64,000 nucleotides of DNA, from contig CAVPOC010000004.1 in assembly GCA_963706955.1 (NCBI GenBank), positions 32,001 to 96,000 on the forward strand, read 5' to 3'. The notes below the pieces were generated by a model that was given only the letters and a program-made list of their open reading frames with translations, made no database searches and was not told where the DNA came from. Position numbers and translations under genes: made by a program. The first letter of the stretch is position 1. Each line of letters starts with the position of its first letter. This document shows, in pieces, positions 42,006 to 52,561 of the stretch. This DNA comes from an uncultured Verrucomicrobiae bacterium. GTDB taxonomy: Bacteria > Verrucomicrobiota > Verrucomicrobiia > Chthoniobacterales > Terrimicrobiaceae.

Positions 42006-42797
42006 TCATTGATTCCAAAACAGGTCACTGAATCGATTCACACGAAATTGTTCTTTCTTCTTGGAAGGCGTCAAGGGAGGAGATGCTGAGGATGACGGTG
42101 ATGAGGAGATCCCTCGCTCCGGTTTGGTCTCAGAACGGCCCCCCGTGGCGTCCATCGCCAGGGCGCCTTTTTCCTCGATGTTAAATGTATTCACCGCGAC
42201 CAGGGCGCTTCGGCCGCCGCCGTGAAGTTTGCGGTGCTGCGCGATGAAGGCGCCCGGGACATAGTAATTGGTCAGATCTTTGGGGAAACCGCGCTGATTG
42301 TAGCCGATGAAGATATTCTTCCTTAATTCAAAGTGCAGGTGGGCGACGTACATGCCGCGATTGGTCCCGATGGTGCCAATCTGCTGGCCACGGACGATCT
42401 GCTTTCCTTCGGCCACGAAGATTCGGTCCAGATGCGCATAGACCGAGTCCACGGTTTTCATTTGCTTTTCTTCGAGGAAAATGTGCCGGATGATCACGAG
42501 GTTCCCCCAACCCATGCGCATATTACGCGCGAGGACGACAACACCATTAGCCGTCGCGTAAACGGGCTTGCCTAAATCGCTATTGCCTCCTTCCAGGCCG
42601 TTCCAATCTTCGCCCATATGGTAGCGACTCCGAAACCCCCGCGAAATATAGTAGCCTTCTGCATCTGGTTTTCCGACTGGTTGATCGAAACCATCAGCCA
42701 GCCGGGTCCTCATCGTCTCCGGCGAGGGAGCGCTGACCAGCGCGGTTACCAAACAAAACAGGAATAGCCAAAAGGCGTATTTTCGGAGGAACCGCAT
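42006..42797 (-). CDS. M23-family metallopeptidase, secreted
   Basis: Signal peptide; 'HMGED' (HxxxD), 'YAHL' and 'HLHFE'. Confidence 0.9.
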   Translation of the reverse strand: MRFLRKYAFWLFLFCLVTALVSAPSPETMRTRLADGFDQPVGKPDAEGYYISRGFRSRYHMGEDWNGLEGGNSDLGKPVYATANGVVVLARNMRMGWGNLVIIRHIFLEEKQMKTVDSVYAHLDRIFVAEGKQIVRGQQIGTIGTNRGMYVAHLHFELRKNIFIGYNQRGFPKDLTNYYVPGAFIAQHRKLHGGGRSALVAVNTFNIEEKGALAMDATGGRSETKPERGISSSPSSSASPPLTPSKKKEQFRVNRFSDLFWNQ

Positions 42798-42888
42798 CGA
42801 TCCGACTTTAGATTGTGAGCAGCCGGTTGCAACTTTTCGCTGGCGCCAGCTTGCCGGTCGTGAAGGAATCTTTTAGCTATCAACCTGC

Positions 42889-43656
42889 ATGTCCTCGATA
42901 ACTTTTCTCGGAACCGGCCCCGGCAACGTCGTTGCCGGACGCTTTCAGTCGAGCATTCTCCTGGAAGTTGGAGGCAAGCGTGTCCTCTTGGATGCGGGCG
43001 AACCGTGCAGCACTCAGCTCTTGGATCTTGGCTTTCGACTTCCGGACCTGGACGCGATCTGGATCACTCACGCTCATGCCGATCACCTTGGGGGCCTGCC
43101 GCTCCTCATCCAGGCAAGTTGGCTGCATGGTCGCCGCCAACCGCTCCCTTTGGGTGTTCCGCAGCACCTGGCGGTGCCGTTACGTTCCTGGCTCGATGCA
43201 ATCTTATTGTCGTCGGACGTAACACGTTATCCCTTGGAAATCTTCTCATGGCAGAGCGGCCAGGCGCTCGTGATGGATACGCTCGAGGTGAGACCATTTC
43301 CGACCACCCATCTCGACGGCTTGAGAAAGCTGACCGGCAATGACCAGGTCGAATCGTTTCTCTTTGAGATCACCGCGGCCGAAAGGCGGTTTGTCTATTC
43401 AGGGGACCTCGGAGCACCGAGCGATTTGAACGAGATTCTCAAAGAACCTCTCGACCTTTTGATCTGCGAGCTCTCCCATTTCACACCTGAGGAACTGGCG
43501 TCTGCACTTCAAGGTGCACGCGTCGGCACGTTGTGTCTCACGCATGTGGCGACCGAGTTCGACGAGCGTCGCGGAGAAATTCAGATGCTCATTGAAAGAG
43601 AGCCTGGCATCGACAGCGTCTATCTCCCAGATGATGGGGAGAGAATCGACTTCTAA
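42889..43656 (+). CDS. MBL-fold metallohydrolase (RNase Z-like)
   Basis: 'ITFLGTG', 'LDAGE', 'THAHADH', 'YSGD' and 'LTH'. Confidence 0.88.
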   Translation: MSSITFLGTGPGNVVAGRFQSSILLEVGGKRVLLDAGEPCSTQLLDLGFRLPDLDAIWITHAHADHLGGLPLLIQASWLHGRRQPLPLGVPQHLAVPLRSWLDAILLSSDVTRYPLEIFSWQSGQALVMDTLEVRPFPTTHLDGLRKLTGNDQVESFLFEITAAERRFVYSGDLGAPSDLNEILKEPLDLLICELSHFTPEELASALQGARVGTLCLTHVATEFDERRGEIQMLIEREPGIDSVYLPDDGERIDF

Positions 43657-43657
43657 A

Positions 43658-44071
43658 CTAATCCGCAGCTTGCCCGGGCTGTTGAACGGGGACTACCGGC
43701 AGCGGGTATCGTAGTCTAAGGTCATCATCTAGCCGAATCTCGACGTGGTAAACCCCATATTGCTGAAACTGCACGCCGCCTAGCACGTGGACGTTCGTAA
43801 CGTAAGAATCTAAAGCGGGGAGGGTGAACTTTAGCTCGCTTTGAGCTATGGTTTGCTCATCGTCGCAGCCAAGAATAAGCGATTTCTCGACGAACTCTCC
43901 GGTGCCTCCGCACCATCGCGTCCAGAGGCAAAGCTTAAAGAATCCAACGGGGAGGGCGTGGGCCGGAATCATTCCGAACACCCCAACCAGCGTTTGCTGT
44001 CCGCTAATTTCTGTCCGCACATCCTCGCAAGCAACCGTCGCTTGCAAATCTGGAGGGATCACCTCGGCCAT
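43658..44071 (-). CDS. Conserved hypothetical beta-rich protein (DUF6941-like)
   Basis: 'CEDVRTEISGQQTLVGVF' and 'FQQYGVYHVEI' pattern; abuts uppP. Confidence 0.7.
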   Translation of the reverse strand: MAEVIPPDLQATVACEDVRTEISGQQTLVGVFGMIPAHALPVGFFKLCLWTRWCGGTGEFVEKSLILGCDDEQTIAQSELKFTLPALDSYVTNVHVLGGVQFQQYGVYHVEIRLDDDLRLRYPLPVVPVQQPGQAAD

Positions 44072-44074
44072 GTC

Positions 44075-44923
44075 TCAATGAGTGAGCCAACCGCCAAAAA
44101 TTAGAAGAGTCACCACGATGGCGAGTGCGATTCGATAATAGCCAAAGATCTGCATGCCGTGCCTCTTTAGATAGGCGACCATCCATTTCACCGCGAGAAC
44201 CGCCGAAATCCAGGCGCCGAGAAAGCCGAAGAAGAGCGCCAGCAGGCCGAAGGACTGCACCATCTCTTCTCCGTACTTCAAGCCATCGTAGACGGTCGCA
44301 GCGGTCAAGGTCAGCAGTCCCAGCAAAAAGCTAAATTCCACCGCGGCCGGCAAGCTTAGTCCAACGATGAGCCCTCCGACTATGGTGACCAGGCTGCGGC
44401 TCACCCCCGGCCACATGGCAATACATTGGATGAGGCCGACCACAATCGCCATCCTCCAAGTAAGCGATTCCAGACTAAGTCCCGATTGGTGAGTGTTCGT
44501 TTGGCGCGAAGCTTGCCACCAACTCACCGCCAGGATGGCCACGCCGCCAAAAAACCACGCAGCGACAATCGGCCACAGCCCCCATGCTTCGCCGCCAAAA
44601 AGGTATTTCTTGATCGGCTTTTCGAGAAGGAGACCGATTATCGCCGCGGGAAGAAAAGCAGCAATCACATTGATCGCCATTCGCAAGCCCTGGGCGTCAC
44701 GCCCGACCAGTCCAAAGAACATTTGTCGGACACGCGAGAAGTAAAGCCCGAGAACCGCGACGATGGCGCCGACCTGGATGCAGATGGCAAAGGCGTCCGC
44801 CGATTGGCTTTGCGGGATGCCCAGCGCTCGTTGTGTAAGAAGAAGATGTCCCGTGGAGCTGACTGGGAGATACTCGGTGAGTCCCTCAACGATACCGAGG
44901 ATGAGGGCCTTCCACCAATCCAT
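44075..44923 (-). CDS. uppP: Undecaprenyl-diphosphate phosphatase
   Basis: 'LGIVEGLTEYLPVSSTGH', 'PGVSRS', 'EFSFLL' and 'FGYYRI'. Confidence 0.96.
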   Translation of the reverse strand: MDWWKALILGIVEGLTEYLPVSSTGHLLLTQRALGIPQSQSADAFAICIQVGAIVAVLGLYFSRVRQMFFGLVGRDAQGLRMAINVIAAFLPAAIIGLLLEKPIKKYLFGGEAWGLWPIVAAWFFGGVAILAVSWWQASRQTNTHQSGLSLESLTWRMAIVVGLIQCIAMWPGVSRSLVTIVGGLIVGLSLPAAVEFSFLLGLLTLTAATVYDGLKYGEEMVQSFGLLALFFGFLGAWISAVLAVKWMVAYLKRHGMQIFGYYRIALAIVVTLLIFGGWLTH

Positions 44924-44977
44924 AAAGATTTCGATGCGAGTGGCTGTCCGGGCCGAACGCTTCAGCTTCGCACAGCG

Positions 44978-45328
<351 letters not shown>

Positions 45329-45395
45329 TTAAGCAGCTTAACGAACCTTGGCAAGCGGAGATGCGGGGGAAAATCGCCGCCGGGGGTTCTCTTAA

Positions 45396-45920
45396 ATGAA
45401 GCCGCGTCAATGGCGGCGCAGTTCGGTCGGTCGCTATTTACGGCATTTGCCGCGAATCAAGCATATGCGAGGCACGTGGCTGCATCGCAAGTTGGGCGAT
45501 CGTCTCTTTGCCCGTGAAATGTGGCAACCGGAGCGTGGGCGCTTTGCTTTTGGGTGCGCCCTTGGCGTCTTTTTTGCGATGATGCCGATCCCCTTTCAGA
45601 TGGTGGCCGCAGCGCTGGTTGCTTTTCTCTTGCGCGTCAACATTCCTGCGGCTGTGGCTTGCACCTGGGTGAGCAATCCGCTGACCACGCCGCTCATTCT
45701 ATTTAGCGAGTACTATCTGGGTTCATTCGTTTTGGGAGGGGAGGCAAGCGATCAGCCAAAGGAGGACATGCTGGCGCTGCTCGCGCACGCGCCATGGCCG
45801 CTCTTGGTGGGGGCGCTCATCTCAGGGACGATTCTCTCGATCGGGGCGTATCCGCTCGCACTGGCGGGCTGGGATTGGTTGAGTGCGCACATCCTAAAAT
45901 CTCGAAAAGAGAGGTCGTGA
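45396..45920 (+). CDS. DUF2062-family membrane protein
   Basis: 'ALGVFFAMMPIPFQ' and 'TWVSNPLT'. Confidence 0.82.
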   Translation: MKPRQWRRSSVGRYLRHLPRIKHMRGTWLHRKLGDRLFAREMWQPERGRFAFGCALGVFFAMMPIPFQMVAAALVAFLLRVNIPAAVACTWVSNPLTTPLILFSEYYLGSFVLGGEASDQPKEDMLALLAHAPWPLLVGALISGTILSIGAYPLALAGWDWLSAHILKSRKERS

Positions 45921-45965
45921 AAAAAATTCCCGAGAGTTCGAAAATGCTTTTAAGTTCACGCACAG

Positions 45966-46038
45966 GGGGGCATAGCTCAACGGTCAGAGCAGGCGGCTCA
46001 TAACTGCTTGGTTCACGGTTCGAATCCGTGTGCCCCCA
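45966..46038 (+). tRNA. tRNA with CAT anticodon, most likely tRNA-Ile2 (lysidine-modified); CCA not encoded
   Basis: Acceptor GGGGGCA/TGCCCCC-A, D-arm, anticodon arm GGCGG-CTCATAA-CTGCT and GGTTCGAATCC T-arm. The anticodon arm resembles E. coli ileX and lacks the initiator GGG/CCC stem. Confidence 0.9.
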
Positions 46039-46107
46039 CACTTTTTCTCTTCGAAAGGCGTTTGCGGCTCTTCTTTTTCTTGCCAGGAGTCGTCACGAAC
46101 TCGTGAG

Positions 46108-47148
46108 ATGCTCCCGATGGCGTCGCCGCTTCGGATACTTGGCAAAGCTAGTTTTCTTCTCTTCGTCTTGGCGTTGCTGGTGGTCGGCTTTGTCTTGGCA
46201 TGGTTTGCCTCGTGGCGCTCGGACGAACTTGCCTCGCTCGATTCCATGAGTGAACTCGCTGAGACGAGGAAGGGCAGGGTAGAATATGTTGATCGGGGAG
46301 AAGGTCCCACGCTGCTGGTGTTTCACGACGCGCCGGGCGGTTACGATCAGGCAATGCTGCTCGGTTCGCTCTTTGCCGAGGAGGAATTTCATCTGGTGGC
46401 GCCTTCGCGTCCTGGCTATCTCCGCACCCCATTAACAACCGGTCAATCGTTCGCTGAGCAAGCCGACGCCATGGCCGCACTCCTAGAGACGATGGGGATT
46501 TCCCGGGTGGCGGTGCTGGCGAGTTCGGTTGGGGCACCGGCAGCGATGCACTTCGCGGCACGTTATGCGGATAAAGTATGGGCTCTCGTGTTGCTATCGC
46601 CAGCGACAACAATCTCCGCCGCCGATGAAAAGACGATACGCATCGACTTGGGACAGTTGGTTAACGACCGCCTGGAAGGCGATTTCGGCGCCTGGCTGGC
46701 CATGGAGACTTTGCAAAAGGATCCGCGGAAGCTGCTCGTCGGGATTGTCCGAGCTGAGAATGACGCGGCCCAGGGTGAACGTGGGGGGTTGGTGGAGTAC
46801 ATACTCGATCAACCCGACCAACGGGAGTGGTTTGAAAGTCTGATCGAAACCTTCGTACCGCCGAGCGCGAGGGAGGCTGGCGTTCGCAACGATCTTCAGC
46901 AACTCCACACGTTAGGCGAGCTTCCTCTTGAGCGAATCGTCGCTCCGACACTTATTGTGCACGGCACCGCTGATAAGCTGATCCCTATCTCAGAATCCGA
47001 AGCCATGGCCGCTCGCATACCCGGAGCGATAATTTATCGCGTCGATGGAGCTGGTCACCTGGTTGAGCTTGGGCCCAAAGCTGCGGAGGTGCAAAGTAAG
47101 ATCCTCGAATTTCTTCGCGAGCATTCTGCCGGGCAAATCCCGCGCTGA
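46108..47148 (+). CDS. Membrane-anchored alpha/beta hydrolase
   Basis: N-terminal TM; 'PSRPGYLRTP', elbow 'LASSVGA', 'HGTAD' and 'GAGH'. Confidence 0.85.
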   Translation: MLPMASPLRILGKASFLLFVLALLVVGFVLAWFASWRSDELASLDSMSELAETRKGRVEYVDRGEGPTLLVFHDAPGGYDQAMLLGSLFAEEEFHLVAPSRPGYLRTPLTTGQSFAEQADAMAALLETMGISRVAVLASSVGAPAAMHFAARYADKVWALVLLSPATTISAADEKTIRIDLGQLVNDRLEGDFGAWLAMETLQKDPRKLLVGIVRAENDAAQGERGGLVEYILDQPDQREWFESLIETFVPPSAREAGVRNDLQQLHTLGELPLERIVAPTLIVHGTADKLIPISESEAMAARIPGAIIYRVDGAGHLVELGPKAAEVQSKILEFLREHSAGQIPR

Positions 47149-47239
47149 GGATGAAAGAGGTGACTAGTTGGCGGCGCCAACAGAGACGGCTCCGGCGGGA
47201 CGATCTTGATACGCGGGAAGTTCCACTTCCCGGCGAAAT

Positions 47240-48136
47240 ATGAAATGGATTTCACCTGCGGTGGCGCAGGATTTCGCTCGTGCGGGCACTGATGCCTATC
47301 GCGTCGCGGATGGGCAAGGATGTCGGATCGAGCGCTTTGGCGACGGAGCGATCGCCTCTCACTGCAGTATGACAGCGCCCCTCGAGATTGTAGATGAACT
47401 CGCACGTTGGTGCGACCGGGCAGAAGTTTCGCTGCGGAGAACGTATGCGCGCCGCCTGGTCACAGCTCCCGGGAGGCAGGACCGGCCTGAGGCGTTGGGA
47501 AACGCGGCACCCCCTCATAACGGCATCGCGCACGAAGAGGGCTTATCCTATGAAATCGATTTTATGGCCGGTTATTCATGCGGATTGTTTATCGATCAAC
47601 GCGCGAATCGTCGGCGAGTTCGGACCGGCTGTTCGGGAAGGTTGCTAAACCTCTTCTGCTATACCTGTTCGTTTTCGGTAGCCGCAGCCGCGGCCGGAGC
47701 GCAAACGGTCAATATCGATCTGGCCAGATCCGCGCTGGACCGCGGATGCCGCAACTTCGCTCTCAATCAGCTTTCCACCAAAGGTCACCGCTTCATTGCG
47801 GATGATGTGCTCGAAGTTCTCCCCAGGTTTGCGCGCCGCGGCGAGAAATTTGAATGGATTGTCCTGGATCCGCCCACTTTCTCAAGAGGACACAAAGGCA
47901 GAATCTTGCGACTGGAAAGCGACTATGGACGGCTTATCGAGATGGCGTGCGCGTGTGCCTCTCCGGGCGCGATGATCTTGCTTTCAGCTAATTGCTCGAC
48001 CTTCGACACGGGCAAGCTCAAGGCGCTCGGACGCGCTCATGTTGGATCTAACCTGAGCTTTCTCGAGCCTGAGCCGCTGCCGGACATCCCGACCACGCGG
48101 GGGGCCTCGACGGTTTGGATGCAGATCCCTGGCTAA
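47240..48136 (+). CDS. Class I SAM-dependent methyltransferase (RlmI/RlmK-like)
   Basis: 'GLFIDQRANR', 'LNLFCYTCSFSV' and 'IVLDPPTFS'. Confidence 0.88.
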   Translation: MKWISPAVAQDFARAGTDAYRVADGQGCRIERFGDGAIASHCSMTAPLEIVDELARWCDRAEVSLRRTYARRLVTAPGRQDRPEALGNAAPPHNGIAHEEGLSYEIDFMAGYSCGLFIDQRANRRRVRTGCSGRLLNLFCYTCSFSVAAAAAGAQTVNIDLARSALDRGCRNFALNQLSTKGHRFIADDVLEVLPRFARRGEKFEWIVLDPPTFSRGHKGRILRLESDYGRLIEMACACASPGAMILLSANCSTFDTGKLKALGRAHVGSNLSFLEPEPLPDIPTTRGASTVWMQIPG

Positions 48137-48963
48137 GCACCGACTTGACCGTTTCGACTCTCTGGCTCGGATTGCACTGGATTGGTAAGAACTCCGATCT
48201 TTTCGATTTCCACAGAGACGATGTCACCCGGTCCAAGCCACCGCGGAGGAACCGCGGCCATTCCAACCCCGTGGGGCGTTCCGGTCAGTATCACTGCGCC
48301 CGCAAGCAACGTGGTGCTGCCGCTCAGAAATTCGATCAAGGCGGGAACATCAAAGATCATGTCGCCGGTATGGCAATCCTGAACCGTCTCTCCATTGAGA
48401 ATCGTCCGAATCGCGAGCCCACTCGGATCGGGGATCTCGTCGGTAGTTACGAGACAAGGTCCGAGAGGGCAGAAGGAATCAAAAGATTTACCGCGACTCC
48501 ATTGGCCGCCACCTTTCTGTTTCTGCCAATCACGGGCGCTAACATCGTTGGCACAGGTATAGCCCAGGACAAAACGGAAGGCGTCTCGCCGGGACACGTT
48601 CTTACACGCTTTTTTGATCACGACGGCGAGTTCGCATTCGTAGTCGACCTCTCTGCTCGGCAGATGCGTAGGAATGAGAATCGGATCGCCAGGATTCTGC
48701 AAGGCGTTCAAGCCCTTTCCGAATAGCACAGGATACTCAGGGATCTTTGCTTTCGTCTCCTCCGCGTGCCGGCGGTAGTTCAGTCCAATGCCAAGGATCT
48801 GTGATGGCGCGATTGGAGCAAGTATTTTTCTGACTTCGGCGGGCCGATCGAGAGACCTTAATCCCGACAGAATATCGCCTTCGAATTCGATGAGTTGTCC
48901 ACCCGGGTGTTCGAAAGCGTACTTCACATGATCACCAGGATCCAGATAGCGAATTATTCTCAT
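48133..48963 (-). CDS. Fumarylacetoacetate hydrolase-family protein
   Basis: 'IGLNYRRH', 'VDYECELAVVI', 'NDVSARDWQ', 'GKSFDSFCPLGP' and 'ILTGTPHGVG'. Confidence 0.93.
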   Translation of the reverse strand: MRIIRYLDPGDHVKYAFEHPGGQLIEFEGDILSGLRSLDRPAEVRKILAPIAPSQILGIGLNYRRHAEETKAKIPEYPVLFGKGLNALQNPGDPILIPTHLPSREVDYECELAVVIKKACKNVSRRDAFRFVLGYTCANDVSARDWQKQKGGGQWSRGKSFDSFCPLGPCLVTTDEIPDPSGLAIRTILNGETVQDCHTGDMIFDVPALIEFLSGSTTLLAGAVILTGTPHGVGMAAVPPRWLGPGDIVSVEIEKIGVLTNPVQSEPESRNGQVGA

Positions 48964-49146
48964 AACGTTGCCTCAGCATGATGCGTTTTTCCGGAGCAAG
49001 CGCGCACATTCTCCACCTCGTGATGATCTGGAGTTACCGACCGGGTTCGGCGCGAGGGATAAGCTGGCGCGCGCCGAGACTTGCCTTCGGCGCAGGGTGG
49101 ACGAGATGAGGGGCGTCGGTGTAAGTTGAGATGCCCTCACGAGCCA

Positions 49147-50115
49147 ATGCGTGACTATTTCGTTTACCTGCCGCAACAACCGCCAGGCAATATTTGGGAC
49201 TGCACTGCGACCTCAGTCGGGTTTGCGCGAGTAGTTCCTCACGCGAAGTATCCTCCCGCAAGGCACCCCGCCGATCACCATTTTGAATGGTCTCACGGTC
49301 GAATTCTCCAGTGCTACCAGATCATCTTTATCGCCGAAGGCTCCGGAGTTTTCGAAAGTGAGCACACGCGTGAACCGCAGCCGGTCGAGTCGGGCACGGT
49401 GCTTCTTCTTTTTCCCGGGGTTTGGCACCGCTATGCTCCCGATATCGCTACCGGGTGGGCCGAGCATTGGATTGAGTGTCAAGGACCCATATTTGACGAA
49501 GCCGTTCGGACGGGAATTGTTCAGCCAAGTCAGCCGATCCTTCATACTGGGCTAGAGCCTGATTTGCTGAGGTGCTTTGAGCGTTGCCACGCACTTGCCT
49601 CTCGCGGTGCGCTCGCAAATCAGCACCTCCTTTCTACGATGGGGGTTCATCTGCTCTCGGTGATTGGGTTTCTTCAAAGCGGCCCGCGCTTCGATCGCCG
49701 CATCGATGAGTTGATCGAGCGTGCGCATGCGTTGATCGCTCTTCGTTGTCAGGAGCGCCTCAGTCTCCCGGCGATCGCTGCGGAACTCGGCGTCAGTTAC
49801 TCGCACTTGCGCCAAACTTTTACGAAGCGCATTGGTCTCAGCCCAAAGCAATATTACTGCCAAGTCCGGCTGCAAAAGGCTCAGGAACTCCTAGCAAACA
49901 CGACGCGTTCGGTGCAGGAGATCGCGGACATTCTTGGGTTTCATTCTGCTTTTCAGCTTTCCAAGCACTTTAAGCAGCATGTGGGCGAGGCGCCGCAACA
50001 TTGGCGCTTGAAGCTGAAACGACGAACGCCGCCCCGGGTCAGATCCCAGCCAGTCGAGCGAAGTCGGCGATCCAAAAAGCTGCGAAGAAAATCGTCGCCG
50101 GCGCGGACTGGCTGA
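49147..50115 (+). CDS. AraC-family transcriptional regulator
   Basis: N-terminal cupin 'LLFPGVWHRY'; C-terminal 'RLQKAQELL...VQEIADILGF...FKQHVG'; divergent from the FAH gene. Confidence 0.92.
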   Translation: MRDYFVYLPQQPPGNIWDCTATSVGFARVVPHAKYPPARHPADHHFEWSHGRILQCYQIIFIAEGSGVFESEHTREPQPVESGTVLLLFPGVWHRYAPDIATGWAEHWIECQGPIFDEAVRTGIVQPSQPILHTGLEPDLLRCFERCHALASRGALANQHLLSTMGVHLLSVIGFLQSGPRFDRRIDELIERAHALIALRCQERLSLPAIAAELGVSYSHLRQTFTKRIGLSPKQYYCQVRLQKAQELLANTTRSVQEIADILGFHSAFQLSKHFKQHVGEAPQHWRLKLKRRTPPRVRSQPVERSRRSKKLRRKSSPARTG

Positions 50116-50138
50116 CAGCTTCACTGATCATCGAGCTC

Positions 50139-51575
50139 TCAAAGGTACGGCGTGAAGAGCCGGGCGATTCCATCGCGCAACTTGATCGCGAGAGGTCGTC
50201 CGTCCACGTCGTCAAGAGAGAGTGCACGGGCCTCCCGCATGCTTTCTCTGGCTGTGTGCAAGAGCCGTTGGCAGAATTCCCGACTATAGCACTCGACATT
50301 GAACTCGAAGTTAAGTCGCAAACTACGCGCATCCCAATTTGCCGATCCAAAGAGCGCCCAGGCCTCATCAACAATCATGAGCTTGGAGTGATCAAACTCG
50401 CCGGGACTTAGCCAGACACGGCAGCCACGCTCGAGCACTTGCCAGAGCTGTCCGAACGTCGCCCAATGCACATAGGGCAGATTGGAACGCCAAGGCAGGA
50501 GGATGTCGACTTCGACGCCGCGCATTGCCGCCGCATTGAGCGCTGAAACAATTCCTGTGTCCGGCAGAAAATAGGGCGTGATGATACACACAGATCGCCG
50601 GGCGGCGTTTAGAGCGCCAATAAAGACCCAGCGCAGTCTTTCGAAGCTCTCATCTGGTCCCGCCTCGATGCCGCGCGCAAACATCTCTCCAGCAGAGGCA
50701 GCCACTGGGAACCATCGCTCGCCACGCAGCGGCTCGCCGGTAGTGAATTGCCAATCATTTGCAAAGGTCTCGGTCAGATGGCCGAGGACCGGTCCGGTCA
50801 GTTGAAAATGTATATCCCGAAAAGGTCGGGTCTCCGCTTCGAGACTCCAATATTCGCGCTTGATGTTGAAACCGCCGGTGAAGCCCAGCAGGCCATCCAC
50901 GATGAGAATTTTCCGGTGGTTACGCAGGTTAATGGCGGGTAGCCATCGTGGGATCAGGCGGGGGTTGAACAGCGCCACGCTCACTCCCTGCTCTCGTAAG
51001 CGTCGGGCGACTGGAGGCCACGAATAGTTCGCCCCAACGGCATCGATCAAAACGCGGACCTCGATGCCACGAGCGTGAGCCCCGCCAAGAGCATCCACGA
51101 ACTGCTTCCCGCCACCCGCGCCATCGAAAATGTAGGTGGAAAGGCCGATCGAGGTTCTTGCGGCTTCAATCGCCTCAAGCATGGCCGGATAAGCCTCGAT
51201 GCCGTTGGCTAGTGGCACGATGTGGTTGCCTCCAAGCAGGGGCCGCGCGGTCACTCGCTCGACAAGTCGGGAGAACAAGCGGAATGATTCCTCTTCTGGA
51301 CCGAAGACGATTTCCGGTGGACGGGGTTCCACGGAGCTCGTGTCAGTGCTTGCGCGATGATGGGCCTTCTCGCCTCGCAACGCGACCGCGTGCCGTCGCA
51401 CGCGATTAACACCCAAGAGAAGATACAGAATCGAGCCGGCTGCAGGGATGAGCCAGATCACGAGAACCCAAATGGCTGCAGCGCGCGGCTCGCGCTTGTA
51501 GATTACTGCGTGTCCGGACGCGATTAGTGCCGTGACAAAGATAACGGCGCTGATTGTGAGTTGAAGGATTGCCAT
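50139..51575 (-). CDS. cls: Cardiolipin synthase
   Basis: N-terminal TM pair and two HKD motifs 'RNHRKILIVD' and 'HSKLMIVD...GSANWD'. Confidence 0.92.
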   Translation of the reverse strand: MAILQLTISAVIFVTALIASGHAVIYKREPRAAAIWVLVIWLIPAAGSILYLLLGVNRVRRHAVALRGEKAHHRASTDTSSVEPRPPEIVFGPEEESFRLFSRLVERVTARPLLGGNHIVPLANGIEAYPAMLEAIEAARTSIGLSTYIFDGAGGGKQFVDALGGAHARGIEVRVLIDAVGANYSWPPVARRLREQGVSVALFNPRLIPRWLPAINLRNHRKILIVDGLLGFTGGFNIKREYWSLEAETRPFRDIHFQLTGPVLGHLTETFANDWQFTTGEPLRGERWFPVAASAGEMFARGIEAGPDESFERLRWVFIGALNAARRSVCIITPYFLPDTGIVSALNAAAMRGVEVDILLPWRSNLPYVHWATFGQLWQVLERGCRVWLSPGEFDHSKLMIVDEAWALFGSANWDARSLRLNFEFNVECYSREFCQRLLHTARESMREARALSLDDVDGRPLAIKLRDGIARLFTPYL

Positions 51576-51717
51576 CCCGTGAATTCCGAGGTGGGCCTTA
51601 CGTCACAGCGAAGGACATTGCAACAGACCAGAGTCCTTTAGATCGGAAACTCGGTGACCTCGCTTCGATAAGGGCGTGGCGGGTTCCGAGGCAATCAAAG
51701 CGTTCGCGACTTCCGAA

Positions 51718-52551
51718 TCAGATCATCTCAAGAGGGCGGCGTTTAGACGGCGGAGGGAACAAGCGATCTAGCTCCAGGAGTTGGTCTGGTGTCAGTTCGT
51801 GATTGAGTGCACGGAGGTTTTCCTGAAGTCGTGAGCGATTGCTGGTCTTTGGGATTACGGCGATGTCATTGCTGGCAAACAACCAAGCCAGTGCGGCTTG
51901 AGCGGGGGTCATGTCCCACTTGCGTGCAAAAGCGGCAAGTGTCTTGTCACGCGTGAGCCGTCCCTGCTCTATCGGTGAATAGGCCATGATGGGCACACGC
52001 CGCTCGCGAAACCATGGAAGAAGATCCCATTCAATTCCGCGCCGCCGCAGGTTGTAGAGAACCTGATTGGCGGTGGTTGAGGAACCTCCCGGAACTCGCC
52101 ACAATTCTTCCATGTCATCGACGTCAAAATTGCTGACACCATAATGCCGGATCTTGCCCTTGCTTTGCAGGCTGATGAAGGCCTCCATGGTTTCACCGAG
52201 CGGCACACTTCCGCGCCAATGCAGCAGATATAAGTCGATCCGGTCGGTTCGCAATCGGCGCAAGCTCCGTTCGCATGCAGCGATGGTCCCGCTGCGAGAG
52301 GCATTGTGCGGATAAACTTTGCTGACGATGAACGCCTGATCGCGGCTCCGACTGAGGGCTTCGCCGACAAGCTCCTCAGTGCGGCCGTCGCCATACATCT
52401 CTGCGGTGTCGATCAGATTCACACCAAGCTCAAGCCCCAATCGCAACGTTTCGATCTCTTCAGCGCGCATCGTCATGTTTTCGCCCATCCGCCAGGTTCC
52501 CATGCCCAAAGCAGGCAGCTTCTCGCCAGATGGCAGAGCGACGGTTCTCAT
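51718..52551 (-). CDS. Aldo/keto reductase
   Basis: 'LGMGTW', 'IDTAEMYG', 'DLYLLHW', 'GVSNF' and 'IPKT'. Confidence 0.94.
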   Translation of the reverse strand: MRTVALPSGEKLPALGMGTWRMGENMTMRAEEIETLRLGLELGVNLIDTAEMYGDGRTEELVGEALSRSRDQAFIVSKVYPHNASRSGTIAACERSLRRLRTDRIDLYLLHWRGSVPLGETMEAFISLQSKGKIRHYGVSNFDVDDMEELWRVPGGSSTTANQVLYNLRRRGIEWDLLPWFRERRVPIMAYSPIEQGRLTRDKTLAAFARKWDMTPAQAALAWLFASNDIAVIPKTSNRSRLQENLRALNHELTPDQLLELDRLFPPPSKRRPLEMI

Positions 52552-52561
52552 GACTCACTAT

